Assembly: GCA_050696635.1 (NCBI GenBank)
Contig: JBOGYE010000259.1
Coordinates: forward strand, 503-64,502
DNA: 64,000 nucleotides
Direction of reading: 5' to 3'
From: Solirubrobacteraceae bacterium
GTDB lineage: Bacteria > Actinomycetota > Thermoleophilia > Solirubrobacterales > Solirubrobacteraceae
Every line of letters starts with the position of its first letter. Position 1 is the stretch's first letter. Shown here one piece after another: positions 29,265 to 38,733 of this stretch. The notes below the pieces were generated by a model. The model did no database searches, was not told the DNA's origin, and saw nothing but the letters and a program-made list of their open reading frames with translations. The position numbers were made by a program, and so were the translations under genes.

Positions 29265-30430
29265 GCGCCGACGCTCGCGACTTCCTGCTGACGCCCGACG
29301 AGCGGGCCCTGCGCGCGCAGGTCGGCGAGCTGCTGGACCGGGAGCTCGCGCCGGTCGCGGCGGCGATCGAGGAGCGCGACGACTGGCAGGCACTCGCCGG
29401 CGCCGCCCGCGCCCTGGGCGCGGCCGGCCACCTGCGCCACATGTTCGAGCCTGGCGAGCATCGCGCCGGACTCACGCGCCAGACGATCGTCTCCGAGGAG
29501 GCGGCGTTTCGCAGCTACGCATTCGAGACCACGATCGCCACCAGCCTGAGCTGCGCGTTCGCGCTCGATCGGCACGCCACCGCGGCGGTACGCGACCGCC
29601 ACCTTGACGGCCTGATCGAAGGGCGCAGCACCGGCGCGATCTGCGTGACCGAGGCCGAGGTCGGCTCCGACAGCTCCGCGATGGCGACCGAGGTCCGCCC
29701 CGACGACGACGGCTGGGCGATCGGGGGGGCCAAGCGCTACATCTCAAACGCCGGCGTCGCCGATGTCTACGTCGTCTACGGGGTCGGCTCCGACGGTCGG
29801 GTCACCGCGCTGGTCGTCCCCGCCGCCACGCCCGGGTTGGCCTTCCCGCGTCGCTACAGCTTCATGGGACGGCGCGGCTGCGTCGTCGGCGAGGTGTCCT
29901 TCGAGGGCTGCCGCGTCCCCGGCGACCACCTGCTGGGGGCCGAGGGGGAGGGGCAGGCCGTACTGAGGTCAATGTTCAACTTCGAGCGGGTGCTGCTCGG
30001 CGGCTCGGCGCTGGGGGTCGGGCGCAGCGCGCTCACGCTCGCCGTCGAGCACGCTCGCCGTCGGATCGTGTTCGGTCAGCCGCTCGCGGCCAAGCAGCTG
30101 ACCTGGGCGCGGATCGCGGAGATGAGCGTGCGCCTGGACGCGGCCGAGCTGCTGACCTATCGTGCCGCGCGCTGCTACGACGCCGGCCTTGCGCCGAAGG
30201 CGCTCGCCGGGCCGGCGGCGATGGCCAAGCTGGCGGCCAGCGAGGCGGCCTGCTTCTGCGCCGACGCGGCCGTCCAGATCCTCGGCGCCGACGGGCTGAC
30301 CAAGGAGTATGGCCGCGCCGAGCAGATCTACCGCGATGCGCGCGCGCTGCCGATCGTCGGCGGCACCAGCGAGATCGCCCGCTACCTGATCGCGCGGGCA
30401 CAGCTGCCGGGCGTGGAGCTGAGCCTGTGA
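29258..30430 (+). CDS. Acyl-CoA dehydrogenase family protein
   Basis: CVTEAEVGSD, GAKRYISNA, FNFER, AMAKL, VQILGADG, YRDARALPIVGGTSEI. Start GTG 29258. Confidence 0.92.
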   Translation: MLSADARDFLLTPDERALRAQVGELLDRELAPVAAAIEERDDWQALAGAARALGAAGHLRHMFEPGEHRAGLTRQTIVSEEAAFRSYAFETTIATSLSCAFALDRHATAAVRDRHLDGLIEGRSTGAICVTEAEVGSDSSAMATEVRPDDDGWAIGGAKRYISNAGVADVYVVYGVGSDGRVTALVVPAATPGLAFPRRYSFMGRRGCVVGEVSFEGCRVPGDHLLGAEGEGQAVLRSMFNFERVLLGGSALGVGRSALTLAVEHARRRIVFGQPLAAKQLTWARIAEMSVRLDAAELLTYRAARCYDAGLAPKALAGPAAMAKLAASEAACFCADAAVQILGADGLTKEYGRAEQIYRDARALPIVGGTSEIARYLIARAQLPGVELSL

Positions 30431-32001
30431 TCGGCACCGGATCGGTGGGGGCGCCGCTGACGATCCCGATGATGCTGTCCGCCACGGTCGATCGGCATCC
30501 CGATCGCGAGGCGCTGGTCGACGGCGAGCTGCGCCTGAGCTATGGCGCCTGGAACGAGCGGATCGAACGGGTCGCCGCGGGTCTGACGCAGATCGGCCTG
30601 CGTCGCTATGACCGCGTGGCGCTGCTGACTGGAGTCGGCGAGCCGATGGCGACGCTCTACTTCGCCTGCCAGAAGCTCGGTGCGATCGCCGTGCCGATGA
30701 ACCACCGCCTGTCGGCTGGCGAGGCCGGGCACATCCTCGCCGACTCGGGCGCCCGCGCGCTGGCCTATTCGGCGAGACTGGCGCCGCAGGCGGTCGGTGC
30801 CTGCGATCGCGCCGGCGGCGGACGCCAGCTGGTCGTTGTCGGGGCCGGCACCGAGGGCGCGCCGGCGGGTCATCACGACTACGAGCAGCTGGCCCGCGCG
30901 CACCCAGGACCGGACGTGTCCGGCGCGGTCGCGCCCGAGGACGTGTCGGCGCTGATGTACACGTCGGGGACGACCGGACGCGCCAAGGGGGTCGTCCACA
31001 GCCACGCCAACGACGTCGCGGCCGCGATGAACTGCGGTCTCGAGTATCAGCTCGGCGCCGACGATCGCGCGCTGCACATCTGCCCGCTGCACCACGTCGG
31101 CGGCATGCAGGCGTTCTTCATCCCGCACCTGCTCGTCGGCGCCGCCAACCTCCTGCATTCACGCTACGAGGCGGCGCGGGCGCTGACGGCGATCGAGGCC
31201 GAGGCGATCACGACCCTGTTCGCCGTTCCCGCGCAGATCGAGCAGCTGCTGGCGCTGGTTTCAGCGGGCGCCGCAGACGCATCCTCGCTGCGGATGATCA
31301 CCACTGGCGGCGCGGCGCTGCCGGCCGAGACGATGGAGCGGGTGCTCGACCGGCTCTGCCCGCGCCTGTACAACGGCTACGGAATGACGGAGGCGAGCCT
31401 GACGCTGCTGCTGCACCCGCGGGAGATGCGGGCCAAGCTCGGCTCCTGCGGCAAGCCGACGCTGATCAGCCAGGCCAGGATCGTCACCCACGAGACCGAC
31501 CGTGACGTGGCCCCGGACGAGCAGGTCGCGCCCGGCGAGGTCGGCCAGCTGATCGCCCGGGGGCCGCAGATGACCCCCGGGTACTGGAGCGGCACCGCCG
31601 AGCAGTCGGTCCGACTGCGTCACGGCTGGATCTACACCGGCGATCTGTTCACCCAGGACGCGGAGGGCTACTACTGGTTCCGCGGTCGCGCCGACGATCT
31701 GATCGTCTCCGGCGGGGAGAACATCTACCCCTCAGAGGTGGAGGAGGTCGTACGCCGCTGCCCGGGGATCGCCGAGGTCAAGGTGGTGGGCCTGCCCGAC
31801 GACCGCTGGGGCACGATCGTCGCCGCGTTCGTCGTGCGCGGCGACCCGCTGCTGGACGAGACGGCGATCGACGGCTTCTGCCGCGACAGCGACGAACTCG
31901 CCGCGTTCAAGCGGCCGCGAAGGATCGTGTTCGTCGATTCACTGCCGATCAGCGCCAGCGGCAAGGTGCTCGGCCGCGAGCTGGTCGCCCGCTACGCCTG
32001 A
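30427..32001 (+). CDS. AMP-dependent acyl-CoA synthetase/ligase
   Basis: YTSGTTGRAKG, YGMTE, YTGDL, GRADDLIVSGGENIYP, SGKV. Confidence 0.95.
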   Translation: MIGTGSVGAPLTIPMMLSATVDRHPDREALVDGELRLSYGAWNERIERVAAGLTQIGLRRYDRVALLTGVGEPMATLYFACQKLGAIAVPMNHRLSAGEAGHILADSGARALAYSARLAPQAVGACDRAGGGRQLVVVGAGTEGAPAGHHDYEQLARAHPGPDVSGAVAPEDVSALMYTSGTTGRAKGVVHSHANDVAAAMNCGLEYQLGADDRALHICPLHHVGGMQAFFIPHLLVGAANLLHSRYEAARALTAIEAEAITTLFAVPAQIEQLLALVSAGAADASSLRMITTGGAALPAETMERVLDRLCPRLYNGYGMTEASLTLLLHPREMRAKLGSCGKPTLISQARIVTHETDRDVAPDEQVAPGEVGQLIARGPQMTPGYWSGTAEQSVRLRHGWIYTGDLFTQDAEGYYWFRGRADDLIVSGGENIYPSEVEEVVRRCPGIAEVKVVGLPDDRWGTIVAAFVVRGDPLLDETAIDGFCRDSDELAAFKRPRRIVFVDSLPISASGKVLGRELVARYA

Positions 32002-32843
32002 CGCCCGTCGGTAACCGCCGAGTACATCGCCGCAGACAGCGCTTGCGCAGAGTCGCGGACGGCGGCGCCGGTCTGCACCAGCAAGCTGTCGAGCCTGAAC
32101 TTGGGGCCCGACACGTTGATCGCCGCGATGATCCGCCCGCAACTGTCGCGCACCGGGGCGGCGACGCCAATCAGGCCGCGCTCGAACTCCTCGGCCACGG
32201 TCGCGAACCCGTGCTCGCGCGCCGCCATGATCCGTCGGTGAAGCTCGGACAGGTCGGACGGGGCGGCGGCACCGAAGCCGTGGAACGAGCTGCCGTCCAA
32301 CAGCCGCTCGAGCGCCGCGCGGTCGTGGTCGAACAGCAGCGCCCGGCCCGAGGAGGTGCAGACGACGGGCACGGTGCGCCCGCTCCAGCCCCTGGCGCTG
32401 ATCGCGGCCGACGGTGCCTCCGACAGCAGCGTCAGCACGTGATCGCCTTGCAGGACGGACAGGTGCGCGGTCTCGCCCGTGTCGGCGACCAGTCCGCGCA
32501 GGATCGCCGGGGCGAGCGACACGAGGCGCGGCCGGCCCGAGCGGGCCGCCAGCGCGAACAGTCGCCAACCCAGCCGATAGGCGCGCGTGCTCGGATCGCG
32601 ATCGACCAGCCCGGTCGCCGCCAGCGCGCTCAGCGCGCGCGACGCCTGGCTCTTCTCGGTCCCGACAAGCTCCGCGATCCGCACCACCCCGAGTCCGTCG
32701 CGTTCGAGTGCCTCATCGGACCCGAGCGCGATCAGGATCTCCGAGCCGCGACGCAAGCTCGTGGATCGCTCCGCGTTCTGAGGGCCGGCTCGCGGCGCCG
32801 GTCGCGGCTTCGCGCCGGGGCGTGAGCCGGGGTTGGCGGTCAC
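31992..32843 (-). CDS. IclR family transcriptional regulator
   Basis: HTH LGVVRIAELVGTEKSQASRAL, YRLG, CTSSGRALL, GVAAPVRD, INVSGP. Confidence 0.93.
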   Translation of the reverse strand: MTANPGSRPGAKPRPAPRAGPQNAERSTSLRRGSEILIALGSDEALERDGLGVVRIAELVGTEKSQASRALSALAATGLVDRDPSTRAYRLGWRLFALAARSGRPRLVSLAPAILRGLVADTGETAHLSVLQGDHVLTLLSEAPSAAISARGWSGRTVPVVCTSSGRALLFDHDRAALERLLDGSSFHGFGAAAPSDLSELHRRIMAAREHGFATVAEEFERGLIGVAAPVRDSCGRIIAAINVSGPKFRLDSLLVQTGAAVRDSAQALSAAMYSAVTDGRQA

Positions 32844-34945
32844 GGGCCTGGCTGCGGGAGGGCGGCGACCGGGGCGGACGCGTCGACGCGCTGTAGGCGC
32901 TCGAGCTCGTCGATCGGAATGTGGCAGCGGATCTGGCGACCTGAACGCTCTTCGCGCAGCTCGGGCTCGGTGGTCTCGCAGATCTCCCCGATCTTGCGCG
33001 GACAGCGAGTGTGAAACGGGCAGCCTGAGGGCGGGTCGGCGGCCGACGGGATCTCGCCTTCGAGGCGGATCCGCAGTCGCTCGTTGTTCTCGAGCGTCGG
33101 CACGGCGGATAGCAGCGCCTCGGTGTAGGGGTGGTTGGGGCCGGCGAACACGGCCTGCGCGGGGCCGATCTCCATCACCCGTCCGAGGTACAGGACCACG
33201 ATCCGGTCGGCGAGGTATCTGACGACGCCGAGGTCGTGGCTGATGAACAGGTAGGAGACGTCCTCGCGGTGTTGCAGGTCGGTGAGCAGGTTCAGGATCG
33301 CTGCCTGGACCGAGACGTCCAGCGCCGAGGTGGGCTCGTCGCAGACCACGATCCGTGGATCGCCTGCGAACGCGCGCGCGATCGCGACGCGCTGCTTGAG
33401 CCCGCCCGATAGCCGCGAGGGGCGCATCGGCAGGTAGCGCTCGTGCAGGCGCACGGACTCCATCAACGACAAGAGTCGCGCGCGCAGCGCCGCGCCGCTG
33501 TAGCCGCCGAGCTTTGACAGAGAGCGGGAGATCAGCTTCTTGATCGAGTGGCGTCGGTTCAGTGCCGAGTCGGGGTTCTGGAACACGATCTGCAGCGCCT
33601 TCTGATCGGCGGTGGTGCGGCGCTGGGCGAGGCCGGCCAGCGGGCGGCCGTCAAGCGTGAGCTCCGCGCCGTCGTCGGCGCTGGTGAGCCCGATCAGCAC
33701 GCGCGCCAGGGTGGTCTTGCCTGAGCCCGACTCGCCGACCAGCCCGACCGTCTCGCCGGCCGCGATCTCCAGATCGACGCCGTGCAGCCCGCGGACCGAC
33801 TGGCCGGTCATGCGGAAGGTCTTGGACGCGTTGCGGATGCGGACCAGCGGCTCGCCGCGGTCAACTCGCTCGCTGGCCGGCACAGAGGCGGCCGTCGGAC
33901 CGAGCTTGACCGTGTGCGCGCGGTCTGAGTAGTGGCAGCGCGATCCGCGCCCGCCGCCCAGCTCATACATCGGCGGCGCGTCTGCACGGCAGTGGTCGTC
34001 GGCCAGGTCGCAGCGGGCCGCGAACACGCACCCGGCGGTGACCGAGCCGGGCTCGGGCAGCGAGCCGGGGATCGTCGCCAGCGGCGCCCGGGAGACGGCA
34101 TTCTGCGGGTCGGGATCCCGGCGCGGGATCGACCGCAACAGCCCGACCGTGTAAGGGTGGCGCGGGTTGCGGAATACGTCCTGCGCGGTGCCCTCCTCGA
34201 CCAGTTCGCCGGCGTACAGCACCCCGACGCGGTCACACATCTTGGCGATCACAGCCAGGTTGTGGCTGATGAACAAAAGCGAGGTGGAAAACTCCTGGCG
34301 CAGGCCGACGATCAGGTCGAGCACCTCGGCCTCGACGGTCGCATCGAGCGCCGTCGTCGGCTCGTCGAGGATCAACAGCGCCGGCTGCGCCGCCAGCGCC
34401 ATCGCGATCACGACCCGCTGCAGCATGCCCCCCGAGAGCTGGTGCGGGTAGCGGCGCATCACCCCTGAGGGGTCCGAGATCTGGACCTTGGTCAGGATCT
34501 CCTGCGCGCGCTGCAGCGCCTGCTTGCGGTCCACGCCGGCGATCTCGTACACCTCCGCGACCTGGCGCCCGACCAGGATCGACGGGTTCAGTGCTCGCCC
34601 AGGCTCCTGGTAGACCATCGACACGGTCCGCGCCCGCAGTCGCCGCAGATCGGACTTGCCGAGCGCCAGCACGTCGCGCCCTGCAATCTGCACCTCGCCG
34701 GCCGACACGCGGCCGTTGCGCGCCAGGTAGCGCACGACCGCCAGCGCGATCGTCGACTTGCCGCAGCCGGACTCGCCCACCAGCCCGAACGACTCGCCCC
34801 TGGCGACGTGGAAGCTGACGTCGCGCACGACGTGCTGGTCTTTGCGGCGCACCCGGTAGCTGATCTGCACGCCCTGGAGGCGCAGCGCGTCGGCCGTCTC
34901 GGCCGGCGAGGGGCTGGGAACCCGGCTCTGCGCGGCGCTGCTCAT
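32840..34945 (-). CDS. Dipeptide/oligopeptide ABC ATP-binding protein with two fused NBDs (DppD/F-like)
   Basis: Two Walker A (GESGCGKS, GESGSGKT), two LSGG, two HPYT/GC..RC tails. Start ATG 34945. Confidence 0.93.
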   Translation of the reverse strand: MSSAAQSRVPSPSPAETADALRLQGVQISYRVRRKDQHVVRDVSFHVARGESFGLVGESGCGKSTIALAVVRYLARNGRVSAGEVQIAGRDVLALGKSDLRRLRARTVSMVYQEPGRALNPSILVGRQVAEVYEIAGVDRKQALQRAQEILTKVQISDPSGVMRRYPHQLSGGMLQRVVIAMALAAQPALLILDEPTTALDATVEAEVLDLIVGLRQEFSTSLLFISHNLAVIAKMCDRVGVLYAGELVEEGTAQDVFRNPRHPYTVGLLRSIPRRDPDPQNAVSRAPLATIPGSLPEPGSVTAGCVFAARCDLADDHCRADAPPMYELGGGRGSRCHYSDRAHTVKLGPTAASVPASERVDRGEPLVRIRNASKTFRMTGQSVRGLHGVDLEIAAGETVGLVGESGSGKTTLARVLIGLTSADDGAELTLDGRPLAGLAQRRTTADQKALQIVFQNPDSALNRRHSIKKLISRSLSKLGGYSGAALRARLLSLMESVRLHERYLPMRPSRLSGGLKQRVAIARAFAGDPRIVVCDEPTSALDVSVQAAILNLLTDLQHREDVSYLFISHDLGVVRYLADRIVVLYLGRVMEIGPAQAVFAGPNHPYTEALLSAVPTLENNERLRIRLEGEIPSAADPPSGCPFHTRCPRKIGEICETTEPELREERSGRQIRCHIPIDELERLQRVDASAPVAALPQPGP

Positions 34946-35829
34946 CAGGGCTCCAGGGCCGATTCGATCGAGCTGGCGAGCATGTTGATCCCGATCACGA
35001 GCGTCGCGATCGCGATCGCGTCGAACAGCATCTCCCACCAGTAGCCGGCGGTCACCAGCGGATAGTTGGTCGAGATGTCAAGGCCCCAGTTCGGCGATGG
35101 CGGTGGGATCCCGAAGCCCAGGAACGACAGCGTCACGATCGTGAACACCGCGTAGCCCAGACGGACCGTGAACTCGACCATGATCGGCGCCAGCACGTTG
35201 GGCAGGATCTCGACGAACATGATGTAGAACGCCGACTCGCCGCGCAGTCGCGCGGCCGCGACGTAGTCAAGCTCGCGCTCGGAGATCACCGCCGCGCGCA
35301 CGGTGCGCGCGATCAGCGGCGCGAACACGATCCCGATCACAAAGATCAGGGTCTCATCGGACGGGCCTAGCGCGACGATCCCAAGAATGCCGCTGACCAC
35401 CAGCGGCAGCGCCAGAAACGCCTCCACGAACCGACCTGCGACCTCGTCGAACAGGCCGCGCATGTAGCCCATCATCAGCCCCAGCACCGTGCCCAGCACC
35501 GTCCCCAGCGCGGTCGCGGCCGGCGCGGTGATCAGGATGTCGCGCGCGCCGACGATCACTCGCGCGAACATGTCGCGCCCCAGCTGATCGGTACCGAACC
35601 AGTGCGCCCCCGACGGAGGCCCGTTGATCGCCAACAGGTTCTGCGCATAGGGCCCGGGATGCACCAGCGACTGGCCGAAGATCGCCGCCACGATCCAGAA
35701 CAAGAGGATCACGGCGCCGGCGATGAACGACTTCTGGCGCGCCAGGTCGCCGAGGAACTGGCGGCGCAGGTCCGCGCCGGCGGCGCTGACCGCGGCCGCC
35801 GATTCGACCGGGATCGCGCCGACGCTCAC
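34945..35829 (-). CDS. Peptide ABC permease (DppC-like)
   Basis: HWFGTDQLGRD, YVAAARLRGES, ILPN, LSFLGFG. Start GTG 35829. Confidence 0.93.
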   Translation of the reverse strand: MSVGAIPVESAAAVSAAGADLRRQFLGDLARQKSFIAGAVILLFWIVAAIFGQSLVHPGPYAQNLLAINGPPSGAHWFGTDQLGRDMFARVIVGARDILITAPAATALGTVLGTVLGLMMGYMRGLFDEVAGRFVEAFLALPLVVSGILGIVALGPSDETLIFVIGIVFAPLIARTVRAAVISERELDYVAAARLRGESAFYIMFVEILPNVLAPIMVEFTVRLGYAVFTIVTLSFLGFGIPPPSPNWGLDISTNYPLVTAGYWWEMLFDAIAIATLVIGINMLASSIESALEP

Positions 35830-36779
35830 TCGACCCCCGGATGGCGCAGTCGCGGGTTGAGCACCGTGAACAGCATGTCGGCCACCAGCGTCGCGACCAT
35901 GTAGACGGCCCCGATCACCAGCACGCCGGCCTCGAGCATCGGAAAGTCCTTGGCGGTGGCGGCGTTGTAGATCAGCGTCCCGATCCCCTGGTAGTGAAAC
36001 AGCGTCTCGACCAGAACGAGACCGCCGATCAGATAGCCGGTCTGCGACGCGATCACGGTGATCGTCGGCATCAGCGAGTTGCGCAGCACGTGGCGGCGGA
36101 TCATCACCCCCCGCGGCAGGCCCTTCAACGTCGCCGTGCGCGCGTAGTCGGAGTTCAGCCCCTCGATCGTCCCCGCCCGCGCCATCTGCTGGATGTAGCC
36201 GAACAGGACCAGCGTCAGCGGGATCGCGGGCAGGATCAGGTGATAGATCTGCGACCCCAGTCCCGCGCCGGCCGGCCACGAGGCCTGGATCGGCAGCACG
36301 TTCAAAGCGATCCCGAAGATCAGGATCAGGATGATCCCGGACACCACCTCCGGGATCACCGTCGCTGACAGGCCGAATACGCTCAGCACCCGGTCAAGCG
36401 GCTTGCCGAAGTTCAGCGCCGAGACCACGCCGCCGAGGATCCCCAACGGCACGACCATGATGAACGCGATTATCGCCAGCTCCAGCGAATGCCCCAGCGC
36501 TTGACCCAAAAGCGGCCCGATCGGGGCCTGATACTGATACGAGGTGCCGAAATGACCGCTCACGACGTGGCCGATCCAGGTCCCGTACTGGTCGAGCACA
36601 GGTCGGTCGGTACCCAGCTGATGCGCCAGCGTCGCGACCGCCGATGGCGCCGCCAACGGCCCCAGGATCGCGCGCGCGGGATCGCCCGGCAGCACCTGCG
36701 CAGCGAAGAACACGAGCAGGCTGAGGATCCACAGCGTCACGATCCCCAGGGCGACGCGCTTGGCGACGAACGCGAGCAT
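35826..36779 (-). CDS. Peptide ABC permease (DppB-like)
   Basis: LPGDPA, YARTATLKGL, HVLRNSL, VETLF..GIG, DFPML. Confidence 0.93.
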   Translation of the reverse strand: MLAFVAKRVALGIVTLWILSLLVFFAAQVLPGDPARAILGPLAAPSAVATLAHQLGTDRPVLDQYGTWIGHVVSGHFGTSYQYQAPIGPLLGQALGHSLELAIIAFIMVVPLGILGGVVSALNFGKPLDRVLSVFGLSATVIPEVVSGIILILIFGIALNVLPIQASWPAGAGLGSQIYHLILPAIPLTLVLFGYIQQMARAGTIEGLNSDYARTATLKGLPRGVMIRRHVLRNSLMPTITVIASQTGYLIGGLVLVETLFHYQGIGTLIYNAATAKDFPMLEAGVLVIGAVYMVATLVADMLFTVLNPRLRHPGVE

Positions 36780-36786
36780 CAGTGGA

Positions 36787-36803
36787 GTTGCGCCATGGCC
36801 AAC
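36787..36803. promoter_or_regulatory. Operator candidate GTTGC-N7-CCAAC
   Basis: gttgc-gccatgg-ccaac, a few bases upstream of the permease start codon. Confidence 0.4.
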
Positions 36804-36861
36804 CGCAGTTGCGCTCGCACGGTGAAAACTCTAGCCCCGTGTCGTGTCATGTGCAAGTGCG

Positions 36862-38577
36862 TCAGGCCGTCTTGTAGGCGTCCTTGAGGTAGATCGCCGA
36901 GATCGAGGTCGGGTTGACGCCGTGCACTGCGGCGGTTGTCGCGGTCAGCCCGTCGATGAAGTACGGGATCACCAGCGGCGTCTGCGCCAGCAGCAGCGTC
37001 TCGATCTTGCCGGCCAGCACCTTCTGGGACTGGAGGTCGACGGCGGCCACGTACTGCTTGACCAGCGCGTCGTAGGTCGGATTCTTGAAGTGCGCCGCGT
37101 TCCACGGCCCGCCCGAGGTCAGCGGCGCCTCCAGGAACACGTTCGGGACGCCGCGGTCGCCGTAGTCGACCAGGCTCATGGTCGCGTCCAGCCAGTCCGA
37201 GTTGCCGTACGTGGCCTTGCCGTAGTAGTTGGTCTGCGTCTCGACCTTGAGCTTGATGTTGACCCCGATCTTGGTGGCGGCCTCGGCGATCACCTGCGCC
37301 AGCGCCGGGATCTCCTCGTAATTCTCGGTGGTCAGGGTCGTCGCAAAGCCGTTGCCGTGCCCCGCCGCGGCCAGCAGCGACTTGGCCTTGGCGATGTTCT
37401 GCGTGCGCTGCGGGATGCTCGTGTTCGTCGAGGGGAACTTGGGCGAGAACGGGCTGTCGTTGCCGACCACGCCGTCGCCGTCGAGCAGCGCCTGGACCAT
37501 GCCCGGGCGATCGAGGCACAGCGCGATCGCCTGGCGCACGCGCGCGTCGTTGAAGGGCGCCTGGTCGTTGCGCATCGACAGCTCGCGGTGGTTGGCCGAC
37601 TTGAGCTTGATGATCTTGTAGGACGAGTTGTTCAGCAGCGCGTTCGCGCCCTGGACGACGAACTGCACGATCACGTCAACCTGGCCGCCCTGGAGCGCCA
37701 GGACCTGCGGCGGCTGCGAGCTGTAGAAGGTGAACGCGGTCGAGTCCAGGTGCGGAGGGCCGCCCCAGTAGTCGGGATTGGCCGCGAACGAGGCGCCGAC
37801 GTTCTGGGTGTACTTCGACAGCGTGAACGGCCCGGTGCCGATGAACGTCTGCTGCCACTTGGCGAAGTCGGTGCCCTTGGGGACGATGATCGCGTTGTAG
37901 TTGTCCGACGAGACCAGGTATGGGAAGTTGCCGTTGGGCGCCTCGAGGTGGAAGGCGACCGTGCTCGCGTCGACCTTGATGACGCCCTCTGGCTTGAGCA
38001 CGCCCTCGAACGTCGACAGGGCGTTTGAGGCGTTCTTGGCGTCGGCCAACTGCTGGATCGTCCAGACGACGTCGTCGGCGGTCATCGGCGCGCCGCCGTG
38101 GAACTTGACGCCGGAACGCAGCGTGAACGTCCACACCGAGCCGCCCTTGGAGGGCGTCCATTTCGTGGCCAGCATCGGCTGAAGCGCCAGCGCCATGTTG
38201 TTGTCGAAGGCCAGGAACTCGCCGGACTGCGCCAGCATGCACAGGCCGCCGGCGTCGGACACCGTCAGCGGGTTGACCGCCGCGGCCGGCGCCTGGGTGG
38301 CCAGCTTCAGCGAGCCGCCCTTGGTCGGCGCCGGCGCCGCGGCTGCGCCGGAGCTCGAGCTCGCCGCCCCGGCCGACCCTGAGGTCGCGACCTTGTTGGC
38401 GCCTCCGCAGGCGGCCAGGATCGCGCCCATCACGCCCGTGGACATGCCGATCACGGCGCCCCTGCGCATGAACTGGCGGCGGCTGATCCGGCCCGCCACG
38501 AGCTCGTCGATGTAGTGGTTCTCAAGCTCCGAGCGGTCGTTGCGGATCGCGTCAAGCCTGCGCTGGTCAGCACCCAT
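36862..38577 (-). CDS. Peptide-family ABC substrate-binding protein, Tat lipoprotein (SBP-B, paralog of SBP-A)
   Basis: SRRQFMRRG, LAAC. Long identical stretches with SBP-A (NHYIDELVAGR, SSDNYNAI, NHRELSMR, YGDRGVPNVFL). ATG 38577 has a GGAGGAG RBS. Confidence 0.93.
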   Translation of the reverse strand: MGADQRRLDAIRNDRSELENHYIDELVAGRISRRQFMRRGAVIGMSTGVMGAILAACGGANKVATSGSAGAASSSSGAAAAPAPTKGGSLKLATQAPAAAVNPLTVSDAGGLCMLAQSGEFLAFDNNMALALQPMLATKWTPSKGGSVWTFTLRSGVKFHGGAPMTADDVVWTIQQLADAKNASNALSTFEGVLKPEGVIKVDASTVAFHLEAPNGNFPYLVSSDNYNAIIVPKGTDFAKWQQTFIGTGPFTLSKYTQNVGASFAANPDYWGGPPHLDSTAFTFYSSQPPQVLALQGGQVDVIVQFVVQGANALLNNSSYKIIKLKSANHRELSMRNDQAPFNDARVRQAIALCLDRPGMVQALLDGDGVVGNDSPFSPKFPSTNTSIPQRTQNIAKAKSLLAAAGHGNGFATTLTTENYEEIPALAQVIAEAATKIGVNIKLKVETQTNYYGKATYGNSDWLDATMSLVDYGDRGVPNVFLEAPLTSGGPWNAAHFKNPTYDALVKQYVAAVDLQSQKVLAGKIETLLLAQTPLVIPYFIDGLTATTAAVHGVNPTSISAIYLKDAYKTA

Positions 38578-38695
38578 GTTGCACTCCTCCTGGCCGCCGG
38601 TTTCGAGGCGCTGCACCTCGTTGGCCGTCAAGGTACCGCTTTCAGGCCCAGGTGGAGGCTGGTTGTTGTACAAACTCGTTCAATCAGCAACAGCA

Positions 38696-38712
38696 GTTGT
38701 AACAGTGGCAAT
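38696..38712. promoter_or_regulatory. Operator candidate GTTGT-N7-GCAAT in divergent promoter
   Basis: cagttgt-aacagtg-gcaattg between the SBP-B and M20 start codons. Confidence 0.5.
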
Positions 38713-38733
38713 TGGCGTGTACGGTGCCCCGCG

